DNA of 64,000 nt from Auanema rhodensis (Eukaryota; Animalia; Nematoda). A program made the translations under genes and the position numbers. Numbering within the stretch: the stretch's first letter is position 1; every line of letters starts with the position of its first letter. Location: contig OZ059894.1 of NCBI GenBank assembly GCA_964057225.1, positions 16,492,001 through 16,556,000 on the forward strand, written 5' to 3'. The notes under the pieces are model-generated. The model was not told the DNA's origin. It saw only the letters and a program-made list of their open reading frames with translations, and did no database searches. Shown in pieces: positions 43,702-55,673 of the stretch.

Positions 43702-46410
43702 ATGTATGTGGTTAGTTCAACATTAAGTCAAACTTAGTTAAAATCTACTTATAGAATTTTCTCTCACCTGATCCAACAAAACCATGCATATTACTGAAAT
43801 GGTCTAATGTGATTATTCTTCTGGATTGTGAAGTTGACTTGTCTCCACATTACCATTTCTTACCTCATATTTTTTCACAACAGTAAGTTATTTTAATTAT
43901 ACTACGAAGTTCAAAAATGCTCTATTAAGCAAGCAATCAAAAAAATATGAAGTACTGAAGTCTGATGATCCTCTTGCTCGATATGATGCTCACAATAAGA
44001 CCGTTTACATTGATGGCCATCCCCAAGTTCTTCCTACCTCTGTAATACAAGAATTTTCCTGCACTTGTGAATAAGTAATATATATTTTTAGTTGAAAGAT
44101 TTGTCGATGGAGTTGGTGGATTGCATTCTCATTTCGAATTGGAACTCTTTACTTGCTCTTCCTTTCTATGTTCATAATACAGGCTTTAAAGGTTCCATAT
44201 ATGCAACTGAACCTGTTATTCAATTTGGAAAGTATGTTTAATTTTATTTCAAGCAAATATTTGGTGGATAAATAGATTAATGATGTCGGAATTGTTGGAA
44301 TATTTTGATCGCATGGTAGTTGACAGAGTTGAAGAAAAATGGAAAACTCCAGCTGATGTCCCGTGAGTTGTTTTATTTTGTCGTTTTGATCACATTTTTT
44401 GCAGACTCAATCATCCATGGGGTAATCCATCTGAATGGAAGCATTTCTATTCAAGGGAAATAATGGAAACCACATTAAATGCAATAACTCCAGTAGCATG
44501 GAGGCAAATGTTTGTAAGTTTTTTATTTATATAATGAAAACTGTAATTGTGATTTCAGACTATTATTGATAACATTAAGATTACTGCCTACAGCAGTGGA
44601 TTTCACATAGGTTCTTGTAATTGGGTTATTGAAGCTGAAGAAGGAAAGGTGCGATAAAGAACAATTAACGTAATATTTCCTCTTAGATTTCATATTTGGC
44701 AGCTTCAAGTGTGAGAAATACTCATGCAAAAGCTGCTGATTGGGAAAAAATAAAAGATGCTGACATCATGCTATTAACTTCATTATCTCCAATTCCTGAT
44801 AATTCGCCTATGGTTTAACAGGGTTGTTCATAGCAAGTTTACTCTTTTGCTTCCAGAGTTCAATGCAATATATTCGAGATTTAATATCCGAAACTTTAAA
44901 GAAGGGTGGTAATGTACTTATTCCTACTTTACCAGTAGGACCTGTGTTTGATTTATTAGATTTGATTGTCGGATGTATTGATAATACTGTAAGTCACAAT
45001 ATTATATTGCAATTTAAGTCGCCCTTCAGACCGGAATCTCACTTGACACGCCTATATATTTCATTTCACCCAGCGCTAAAAGTTCTCTTGCTTATTCCAA
45101 TGTTAATGCAGAATATTTGTCAACGGAGAAGCAGAATAATGTGTTTATACCTCAGGAACCATTCCTTCACTCAGAGGTTTTTTTGTTGAATTTTTCACTT
45201 AACTTTCTCTATTACAGTATGTGAAAAACGGGCGACTTAAAATCTATGATTCTCTTTATGATTCATTTTCAAAGGAATATAAAACTCCTTGTGTAGTAAG
45301 TGTATTTTGTATATACTTTATTTAGTTTCATAGGTGTTATGTGGTCACCCTACTCTTCGAGTTGGAGATGCAGCTCACTTGTTACAAATGTGGGGGAATG
45401 ATAACCGAAATGTTTTCATATCTACAAGTATTTTTTCGTTTTAATGATAAAATTAAAACATATATTTAAGATCCGGATTTTCCATTGCAACAAGTTTATG
45501 AGCCATTCAGAGATTTAGCAGTGCGAGCTTATTTTTACCCAATTGATTCACGTTTAGATTTTGCACAAATCAACAATACTATCATTCCTGATTTGAAACC
45601 TAAGGTTATTTATATCTGTCTTATTTTGATTATTGATTAATTTTCAGTGTATTTATCTCCCAGAGCAATATACCAAACCTATGTTTTTAAGAAGAAAAGA
45701 TCTTTTGGTTCAATTTGTAAGTTTTGTATCATTATTTGGATTTTATGTAAATCTCTATTCCAGAGTCATGTTACACCTCTTAAAGAAAATGAAGCTCTTA
45801 ATATAAAAGCTGTAAATGGCATAAAACGAAAAATTCGTGTTCATTCAGAGGTTCACTGTTTTTTCACTGCTTCTTGTTAATAATACAATTTTAGATAGTA
45901 AAGAAACTTGAAGCTAAGGGCTTCGCTAGCAATACTGATTTCGGATTATGCCATTTGTCGGGTGTTTTATCAGCATACGATGATGATTATGAGCTAACGG
46001 TAATTCCTTTTTATCATTTTCTAATTGTAATTACAATAATACTGTTCTTCAAAAATAATACTATTTTTATTCAGCCTCCTAAGCGAAAGTCTCGACCGAG
46101 ATTTAGTGGGAAAGTAACTCCAGAAGTCGTGGTTAAAGCAATTCAAAAGGTGTGCAGTCTCTAAATTACTTATAGTCTCAGTTCTTGCAGAGAAATTTAC
46201 AACATCGATTGTCCAGTAATCCAGACGGTTCTTTTGAAGTAGATATAGAAAGTTTAAAAGCTACACTGAGGGTTAACAAGGAAGGCAGTCGCACGACTAT
46301 CAAGGTTTTATAGATGGCTTTATCTATATTAAACCTGTTTTTAGGCTGCTCCTGAGCATCGAGGATTATTAGCCGAAATAGTTGCTTCCTACTTAACACC
46401 ATTTGGATAG
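43702..46410 (+). CDS. ints-9: Integrator complex subunit 9
   Basis: PTKPCILLKW...ILLDC, DCILISNWNSLLALPF, GFKGSIYATEPVIQFG, SGFHIGSCNWVI, GGNVLIP, SSLAYSNVNAEYL, GHPTLRVGDAAHLLQMW and YPIDSRLDF. Confidence 0.92.
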
Positions 46411-46579
46411 AAAATACTTGAATATGTAGATTTACGGGTTTTTATATATGAAGACTTTTTATTTTATAATTGTTTTCCTTAGTTTATGGTTAGCTGTTAA
46501 TAGCTCTAATTATTTATTACAGTTTATCTGTTAGGCCACGAGTTTAATTTTATGTTTTGTGTTTTTTATGAAAATATTT

Positions 46580-46650
46580 GTCGTCAGTAGTTACCATATT
46601 TTTTGTCCGCTCGGTTTATCTCAGACAGGGATAACGAATCCTCATCCGAC
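46580..46650 (-). ncRNA. snR38: Box C/D snoRNA, snR38/SNORD1 family (guides LSU rRNA Gm, yeast G2815 equivalent)
   Basis: Terminal stem GTCG/CGAC, C box ATGAGGA (46645-46639), guide GTTATCCCTGT (46635-46625) complementary to conserved LSU rRNA ACAGGGAUAAC, D' CTGA (46624-46621), D CTGA (46587-46584), and a T4 run just downstream. Confidence 0.88.
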
Positions 46651-46720
46651 GATTGGGGGGGGTCGAACCTTCGACCCACTGGCTCACTTGCGCCTCGCCC
46701 CTCTTGACCATATGTCAACC
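46651..46720 (-). promoter_or_regulatory. tRNA-like Pol III internal promoter/leader (A box + B box) fused 5' of the snoRNA
   Basis: A-box-like TGGTCAAGAGG and B box GGTTCGACCC at tRNA-like spacing. Partial acceptor stem GGTTG/CAATC; no intact cloverleaf. Confidence 0.75.
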
Positions 46721-46820
46721 TGAATGTTTATCTTATATGTAACACCATTACCCTATTTTTGTATTTTTAATGCTATTACTTTCAACATATTATGTTTCTT
46801 TTAGAATTGGATATGTGAAT

Positions 46821-47579
46821 ATGCTGAAAAGAGGGTTGCACATACTATCTCATCAGGAGAGACCTCCACTTCTAAAGCCGTTTTGTATAACTGTAAGTTA
46901 TTGTTTTCTCTATTATAAATTATTTGTACGATGAATTACGCATTAGAGATCTTTTGGTATAACATCTTTGTCACTAGGGCATGCCCTAATCAGACATGTG
47001 AGTTATAGAGTTATGGCTTTAGTTCTAACCCTAGCATGTAATTTTCTAAAAACTTCTCAGTGTGGTTATTTTATCCAATACATTAACCCTGCAGTTTTTG
47101 CATTTATTTTTAATATTAGGATCACCTCACATCAGAGAATATTTTTGATCCTGCTGTACAATGGATTGATGAGCCTAGTCAACAAGAATCCAGTTATTTA
47201 TTAGAAGAACCTACGAAGTATCCATTTCATTAACTTCGGATTTTAATCAGTATTCTTTTCTTAGAAAAGAGCAACATGATTATCACGAGGAGTTAGCTAA
47301 AATAAAGAGTGATGGTTGTGCACCTGTTAAAAGAGCATTATGTAAGTTCAACCGGTATTGAGCGTTCTCATAATTCAAATGAAATTTAACACATTCCAAT
47401 TTGTATCATAAAAGAATATATTATAGCTTTACTTATGGACTCTATCCAATCAAGATCGGGAATGAAAACTTCTTTATCTAGCTGTAATGTGACTTTATTC
47501 AATTTTCATTCAACAAAGTATGAAACATTTTCTTTTATTCAAAACTACAATATGATATTCAGGTTCGCTGAACGTTTGA
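46821..47579 (+). CDS. Possible small orphan multi-exon gene
   Basis: Phase-compatible exons (DHLTSENIFDPAVQWIDEPSQQESSYLLEEPTKKEQHDYHEELAKIKSDGCAPVKRALSLLMDSIQSR). Both ends are uncertain. Confidence 0.3.
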
Positions 47580-47715
47580 TCCAGAGAAACATAAATGGGC
47601 TGGTTTTAGTAGAGAATTCCCACATTTTTTCAATGAAAGCAAAGGTACGAACATATTTAATTTAATGATATCCACACGTTTATTAGTTGAAAAATCTTAT
47701 TGAAGCTCTTATTAA

Positions 47716-50221
47716 TTACCATACATTGAAAATTAATAAGTACAAAAGTGATAAGAGATATGATATATTTTGAACGCAGCTGTGATAGGTTGTGGATCTT
47801 AATCGAGGTCTGGGGTTGTTATAGTTATAGTCTGGAAAGATTTAATTTTCGGTTTCTTGGAGATCTTAATAATATTTTTTTAAACTACCTAAACTCGTTT
47901 CATAGTCTATGGGCTCATCAATTTGTCTTGACTTTGCTCCGCCACCACCTCTACTTCTTCTATTGAATACTACAGCTTTTGGACGTGTTGACTGATCTCT
48001 GAATCATGATACTTTTGTTTTTTTTCTATTTAATTTCTTACCTGCTGATGTGTACAAGTTCTTTATCAGTACGACTGAAAGAAGACATCCCTTTTGGTGA
48101 TTCTTCAATATTTTCTTGCTCAAATGCTGACGATATGAGCGGAAATGTTTCATATACATCTCTTTGGGAATGAAGAATCTGCTCTTGATTATCCCGATTA
48201 CGATGCTGAAAATTATTTTTTATTAAAAATATATTTTATGCTCTTCATTTTCTGATTCTCTCACGTAAATACTTTTTTTTCCTTTTTCTGTGCTGCACTC
48301 ATGTTCTTATATAGTGATACAGAAACGTTTGAATCTGATGATATTACGGCTATCACTACGAATAGTGAATAGCTTTTGTTCACTTCTTTGTTGTTCTGAA
48401 TTGAGTTGTCTTACGCATTTTTCGGATGCCATCATCTAACCTAACTCAATTCTCTGAGTTGCTTTAAAGCCGATTTAAAATCTCAGGATAATTTCAAAAT
48501 TTAAATATTGGGTTTCAATTCATCGCTTTTGACGTCACAAATGAGTGTCACATAATTTCTTTCAACGGAACTCCACTCGATTCATTAGACAATACCATTT
48601 CTGTAGTACCCCCATAGCCCATAACCACCGGAAATCAGATTGATTTCGTGGATCTCGTTTAGGCTAGTACGAATGGCACTAAACTAACACAACAAGAAGC
48701 TAAGGTCAACGGCTTGTCTAAGATTTCGTGCAAGAAACAAAAGACCCGACTACTAAATAGTTAGAGTTTATGGATTTTCTTTGAGTACTCACCCCATGAG
48801 GCATTTTCACACGACTCCTGCTGGTTAATGTGTGTGTATTTCCTCTTTGATAAACTGTTACATGACATTGCCAAACTCCAGCATCTTCAGCTACGTCAAC
48901 GGGGCGAATTTCCATGGAAAAATCTCCAGTTAATTCGTCGTAATCAAAAAAATAACGACCATTATTAAGTAGAACTCTTAAGACCTTTTTTCCTGGAATT
49001 CAAATTCTTTTTAGTTACAACGTTGTGGCACAAGTTCTTAATTACCAGCAACTGTCCTTTTATTAAATGTTGTTAGTTTGTTGTACACTCTTTTTTCTCC
49101 ATTTTCAATTTTCAACCATATAGTATCATTCAAAGTCCATGTAACTTCAATCCGAACCTAAATTGCAATATGAAAATAGTAGTATCAGATAGTTTTAATG
49201 TCCTTACGAGGCTATTGCTTGCATCTGCTACATGTGGGCAATTCAATGAGAATGATTCATACTGATGTGACTTTGGGTTAGTAATTGTAAATGCTGCTGA
49301 TTTGTAAGGTGGTGATTTGAGATCTTGAAAATGAATTCGTATTACTGAGGTTTTCATGAGAGTTGTTTTCACATTCCTACTGAGTACTTAGCCCAGTGGC
49401 TAAAAACTTGAAGTCAACTACCTTTTACCTGTTAGAAATGATTAATTTTTGATAGCAATATAGCTTTCATGCTTTCGTAGCAGAGCATAGAAATTGAAAT
49501 TTGTAGTTTGTTATGAGCAAATAGTAACTCTGTCATAACTAACAAGTGAGGCAACTCAATTTCTAAACTTGTGATATGAATACTTAAGTTTATTTTGATT
49601 ACTAGAATAAAGCTCGATCACATTATAATTGAATAAATATGAAAGAAACTAAATATATTTATTCTTTAATACATTCGTGTATATGAATAAATGAATCTCT
49701 GTGATATAAATATTCTTAATGCTCCGAATTTAAAGATTTGGGTTTTCGTATATTATGTTAATGTGTCATTCATCCAATATATTACAATAAGTTTTGACGG
49801 ATTGTGAATGTTTTAAGATGTCTGACAAGCAAAAATTAATATATTTCATTGCAATGACTACTAATCTTTCTTTAAACTATTAAGTATATAAAAATAACTA
49901 ATGTTTTATATGAATTAATTGATCATACTTTAATGAAACATTCGTTTTTGCTACAATCATCCACCACTTTGCTATTTTTAGAATTTTTGAATATAATTGC
50001 AAAATATTTATTCGATACTGACCTCTTGAGTGTCGTAATCGATGCAAGTGCCTAATATTTTGTTGAAAACCTTGTGGCTCTTCGACACTGAATTCAACTG
50101 CTAGCGAAAATTGGCACGTTGAGAAGATAATACAGATCAAAGCAAAAATGGATTGAGATTGTCGCGCCTGGTAGAAAAGATGAATGAAATGCATATGAAA
50201 ATAGATGAAACATACCTTCAT
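47716..50221 (-). CDS. Single Ig-domain cell-surface protein, probably GPI-anchored (oig-like)
   Basis: Signal peptide, Ig core FSLNCP...VTWT...FSMEIRPVDVAEDAGVWQCHV, low-complexity stalk and hydrophobic C-terminus (SYLLSLLYLLIFNVW*). Confidence 0.75.
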
Positions 50222-50699
50222 TATGTTGTGTTGAAGCCCAGCTCAATTCAATGCATCACATAGCACGTCGTGAGTTAGTGTAGTAGATAATTCTAGAAGG
50301 TATCTAAAGAACTATACTAAGAAAGAATAAATTTGTGTTTATGGAAAAGTTTGAAAAGCATCAGAAACAAATAGGGGCAATGCCACAGATTACTCATTGA
50401 GGTTGAATCTGAAGCGTGCGAACTTGGGTCCTCAGTAGAATAAGTTCTATGCTGAAGGAGCTTTTTCACAAGCTCCGCCTCTTGGGGGTCTTTTTACATT
50501 TGATCGACTTATAGCAAGAATCTGTTGTTTTTGTCATTTATAACAAAGTGAAATCATGAGGCTGATATAAATATGATTATTGATTGCAAAGAGACAAATA
50601 TACATCTTTCAATGAATACTTTTTTATGAAATGTTAGTTATAATATAATTCATAACTTCATTCATGTATATATGCTAAAATTGAAAAACTACTTATACA

Positions 50700-52369
50700 G
50701 AAAATATACTTTGTCTTTCTTGAGTAAGATCTCTTTGTTTACGGAGAGTTTAGCCATTTATGTATAAGTTTAGTCCTTTTTTCAAATTGGGCTCATGAAG
50801 TAAATTTGTTTAGAGCAAGGAACTTATTTAGCTGTTGATGAATGAGTTTTTTTATTCTTAAATGATTTAGCTGTGTTCGTTCCGTGTCTCAGAGGATTTC
50901 TTATCCATCATGAAACAAATTGCACAAACTGCCAGACTTTTCTAAGTTAGTACCAAACTGGACTCTTGTTGATTTCTGGACCGAAATTTTATGTTTCATC
51001 TAGTAGAACACAGTTCTTGAGACTAAAAGCGTTCTGAGAAAGTAGCTGTGCTCGAATATTGAATGGATTTTCATAAGATATGTGTGAAAACTCCTTAGTT
51101 TTTGTATTTATTGCGAAAATTGTTTTCTTTTACAAAAGAATCACCGATTAGAAATAGTTCAATTTGTTTTTTTCATCTTCAGCAATTTGCAAAACAGCAA
51201 AAGGAGGCGCATAATGTTAATGCATATCGGGCTGATCTTGCATCCTTATTAGGCATTGGTAGGAAAAAGCTGCTGAAATTACCAAAGCAACTGTTTCCTT
51301 CTGGAGTAGAGGAAAATAATCTCTGCTTTGTTCCAGCTTCTTCCGGTTTGTTTCCGATTTTTGATTTCATTAATTTTGGTATTTAGATGAATCTGGCTGT
51401 CGCTTTGAAAAATCCCCAATCATAGTGTCAGTCTTGCCGGTTGCAAGCCAACAGTCAGCAGTTCTGGACGCATTGAAGGTTTTCAATTTAAACACTTCAG
51501 TTTGAATAACATGATGGATGCATTTAGAAAAATGTAGTTTTACATCATGCGGGAATAGACAGAGATACTCTATATCGCTTTGGAGCTGTCGAATTCATGA
51601 CATTTTTGGATGTTACTCATTTCAGCCATTTGCTTTGCTCAATTGATAGCAGTCTTGATTTTTATACTCATTCAATCAGGAGAAATTCAGCACTATTTCA
51701 TAAGTTTTTCCAAATTACGTTCGTTTCTTTGTTCTCCGTGTTCTGAATGGTTTACATTTCAGACTGCTCCGAAAGCAAGGATTTCAAAGAACAAGTTTTC
51801 ATCCTCCTATTTTAAAACCCTTAAAACGTGTATCTCTACCTCATGCTGCCAAACTAGAGAAGGTTTCAAAGCGGCTGCTCTGTTTTTCTGATATAAATTT
51901 TCAGCTGCAATTGTTTCCTGGTTTACAGTATGCTGTTTCGATAAAACCACGCACTGCATTTTCCTTAAGTGGAACTTTCCTGAACACAACAGATCAAGAA
52001 GGGAATTTTATTGGAAGGTTTTGATTTATTATATATAACAATAAAATATCTGTCAACTATAGTGATCTCCTAATACCATTTGATTTTTGGGTTCAAGCAA
52101 TTGGCAAGCATTCACACAACAAGAAGGTTGAAGATATTGCCAAGTGAGTTCTTTAAAACTGACTTCAATAAAAACTGTTTTTCAGAACAATGTTTCCACA
52201 ATCTTCAACTCGAGTATTCGAAGTTGTCCCTAAAGAATCTAAAATTGGAGAAGTTCCTGATGTATTGCTTGAAGACATGTTTCTGGAGGCAGTGGATGAG
52301 CTGCGTGAATCCAATGATTACAAAAAATATTTGAAGATTCTCAAAGTTAAACGGGAAATCGATAACTAG
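50700..52369 (+). CDS. Uncharacterised multi-exon protein; 5' end unresolved
   Basis: Phase-consistent plus-strand exons (QFAKQQKEAHNVNAYRADLASLLG...; LQLFPGLQYAVSIKPRTAFSLSGTF; DLLIPFDFWVQAIG...KVKREIDN*). Confidence 0.55.
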
Positions 52370-52590
52370 TTGTCTTGTTCTTATTCTCACTTCTTTACCT
52401 CATTCTGATTCTACAGGTTTTCAATTTGCTTTATTGTTGTTTCATGTTATGTTTACAATGTTTTGTATTGCTAAATAAAAGTTTGCACTATCGTCATCTC
52501 TGATTAAACATGTCTTTCGAAACGAGAAGAAAGGAATAAGTAGTTTATCCTTTTTTCCGCTTAGTGCATGAAAAGTGGCATCCGTACAAC

Positions 52591-52662
52591 AGCAGCGTGG
52601 CGCAGTGGAAGCGTGCTGGGCCCATAACCCAGAGGTCGGTGGATCGAAACCACTCGCTGCTA
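52591..52662 (+). tRNA. tRNA-iMet: Initiator tRNA-Met (CAT)
   Basis: 72-nt cloverleaf AGCAGCG...CGCTGCTA with A1:U72, three G:C pairs in the anticodon stem, CAT anticodon and T-loop GATCGAAA (A54/A60). Confidence 0.98.
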
Positions 52663-52896
52663 ATGTTTTACCTTTTAAGAAAACATTATGTGCAGCAGAA
52701 AAATAAAAGCATTTTCTAGTTGATTTTTTAATTTCTTTAGTTAATAAAGTAAACAACTATTCTCTAGTTCTCAACAGTTATCCATTTTATATCCATTTCT
52801 CTCTTTTTGGTAGGCATACTCCAATTAGAACATTTGATCAATCACTAAGTTCCGTCAATGACCTTCATTTCATTCTTCATCTGTACCCGTTCCTAG

Positions 52897-53859
52897 ATGC
52901 GTACCTTTCTGGCTTTGAGTTCAATATTTATTTTGATTTCAGGTATCAATTAAAGATATTTATATCAATTGATTAATCATTTTTTTCTCTTACAGCTGAA
53001 GAGCAAATAAGCGATTGCTTGAAAAAATGTATCACACCTTTGGCAAAGCAAGAACGGAGTTTCAGCCATATATTTAAAAACTTTGATTATGTAAATGAAT
53101 TATAAATATTTAAAAAATATCTTCATTGATTTTTAGGTCTGTGATTTACTAGAAGAAGGTGCATATTGCTCGAGGAAGTGTGTCACCGATGATCAAAGAA
53201 AGTTCCATCAATATTCAACATTTTATAGGATCATTTGTATAGATTATCAAGAAGGTATTCTAATTCAGAATCGTTTGTAATGATCTATCCTAATTAGATT
53301 TGGAACCTCATCTTGAATGCTTAAGCAAGGCAGCTAAGGAAATTGATACAGGTATGATGAACTTTAAATATATTTGTATGTTGTTATCTTTTATAATATA
53401 TCAAAAGCGGGAAGTAAAACAAACGATTGAATTTCAGTTTGTCACGATAAGTGTCATGGAAACAAGTACACTAAAGAAAAGAAAGATGAAAAAGCTGATA
53501 AACAAGCAGAAAGTTGCAGGTGATTATAGATTTTAATCTTATTCAAACACTTTATATGAAAGATAATAAAAAAAGCATTTTTTTAGAACTATAGAGTGTT
53601 CCACCATTTGCTATTATCAAGAATTCGTAGAGGATTGCCCAGAGGCCAAGGACGCCTTATTGGTCAGTAGAGTCAGATTGACTGAACTTATCAGACGTAG
53701 ATTCTAAATAGAAGACTATTTCAGAAATTGAATATTGGCCAAATTCACACAATCGCTAATACTATTCATCCTTTAGCTTTTGAAAAGATGGGAGATGAAT
53801 GTAGAAGAATTCACAACACAGACTATATGAAGAAAAAACTCAACGACTTTCAGGAATAA
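52897..53859 (+). CDS. Secreted Cys-rich helical protein (CPG4-domain-like)
   Basis: Signal peptide MRTFLALSSIFILISA, then CLKKC, VCDLLEEGAYCSRKC, HLECLSKA, CHDKC and C..IECSTICY...DCP pattern. Confidence 0.75.
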
Positions 53860-54290
53860 TCATTAATGATTCTCATTAAAATCTTAACATTTATATTTCG
53901 TTGAGTTAATAAATATTATTTAACATTTTTAATAATTAATATTTAATATTATATAATCTAAAAGAGTTTTATTCAATAATAATAGAACAAAAGATTTCTA
54001 ACTATCAAACATTTCATGTTACTAATGAAATTTCATTTTTAAAGTTCACGTACAGAACACGGTTGAATTTATGCTCCACTGCTAAAGTATGTATTTTTTT
54101 TATACTCTTTGCATAGTTTTCAGTTTTCTATATACTACACCTGTTTTCTTATATATATGTGAATAATTTAACTTTGTTATTGTATATAATTTATAAGTTT
54201 TGTATATATAAAACAAACTACCACTGAGAAAATGCAATATGAAATATTTTATTGTTGTATTTCACTTCAATCAATTTTATATTTCAGAAT

Positions 54291-55673
54291 ATGGCATTAG
54301 GGAGATTTGTAAAAGCATCAACAGTATCAGATTTGTTGAAAAAGGGCATCATCAACAAGTGAGCGTTGTTATTCAAATTATATCTATAGATATCGTTTAA
54401 AATTATAGGGAGGGTGTCCGACTTCTTGATTGCTCATACAGCGTATCACAAAAGTTGGATTGGAAACAGTTCGAACAAGAATTGAAAGGAAAATTTGAAA
54501 TTCTCAATGAACTAAAGACACCGTAAGCATTCCTTCTCATATTATTACTAAACTGTTTAATAGATCCAAGAATTTGTACTTATCTGGGCATATTCCAAGC
54601 GCCGTTCACATGAACTTAGATGCTGCTATGTATCCATCAAAATATGAACGTTTCAGTATTTATCCTCCTGAAGTGTTTGAGAAATATATGCAAGTAATTA
54701 CATATTTTGTATTGATATACATCAAAATTTTAAATCAGCTCTTAGGAATCAACAAAGACGAGCATCTGATTATGTACGGTCGTGGAGCTTTAGGAGGAAT
54801 GATGTTCCCTGCTCGTTTAGCATGGTTATTGAAAGTATTACTTGCTTACGATTCGCTAGGTCTTAATTTAAACTTTATAGTCATATGGTCACGACAAAAT
54901 TTCTTTGATTGATGGTGGTTTTGCTCAATGGGAAAAGAATAGATATGAAGTTTCCACAGAAGATGTCAAACTACCGGTATATAATTGAGTATATTATATC
55001 TCATTGCGATTTAAAGGCTGGAAACTGGGTAGCTCAAGATAAAATTGATGAGCATGTTATAAAATTTGAAGAATTGGAAGAAAAAGATTCTGATGGCAAA
55101 CAATTAATAGAGAAAACTGACGAGGTTTAACTTTTTGTAGTGATGCGAGTTTATATCCTTGTTTTAGAATACCTTCTTAGATTCTAGAGGACGTGGCCAG
55201 TTTGCCGGAACTGAAGATACTGGCTTAGATTCATACAGTGAATATTAATATGTCAAGAAAAGATCATTGTATTATTCTTATAGGAGTCTCTGGTTCTCAT
55301 ATTCCTGGTTTCAAAAATACGCCTTCGGTAGAATTACTAACCAACGATGGAATGATAAAGCCTGAGTCTGATATCAAACAATGTAATTTTTATATAGTTG
55401 TGTGTATGTGTGTATCTTTTCTATTTAGGGGTGGTCAATAATGGTTTGATTGAAGGACAACCAATAATCATCAACTGTAACACAGGCATGCAAGCCTCAT
55501 TATTATCTTATGTTATAGAAGACAGTTTTACAGGATATAAGCCAAGAGTTTATAATGTATAGATAATTTTTAGTTTGATTTATGCACTTTCATATCATTT
55601 GTAGGGTTCACTAAAGGAGATGGAGCAAAGAGACCCAAAGAAAATTTCTGCCGGGCTGATTCATATTCCATAA
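54291..55673 (+). CDS. Tandem rhodanese sulfurtransferase (nematode MPST family)
   Basis: VRLLDCSY, YLSGHIPSAV, ARLAWLLKSYGHDKISLIDGG, LDSRGRGQFAG, GSHIPG, catalytic loop CNTGMQAS and YNGSLKE. Confidence 0.92.

Noticed and set aside
46651-46720. Functional tRNA, or head of a tRNA-derived SINE
   Set aside because: The acceptor, D and T stems are broken. The downstream body is fully explained as a C/D snoRNA, and no target-site duplication is evident.
50640-52000. Decayed retroelement or endogenous viral ORF on the minus strand
   Set aside because: No RT or viral motifs. The plus strand gives phase-consistent exons of an ordinary gene.
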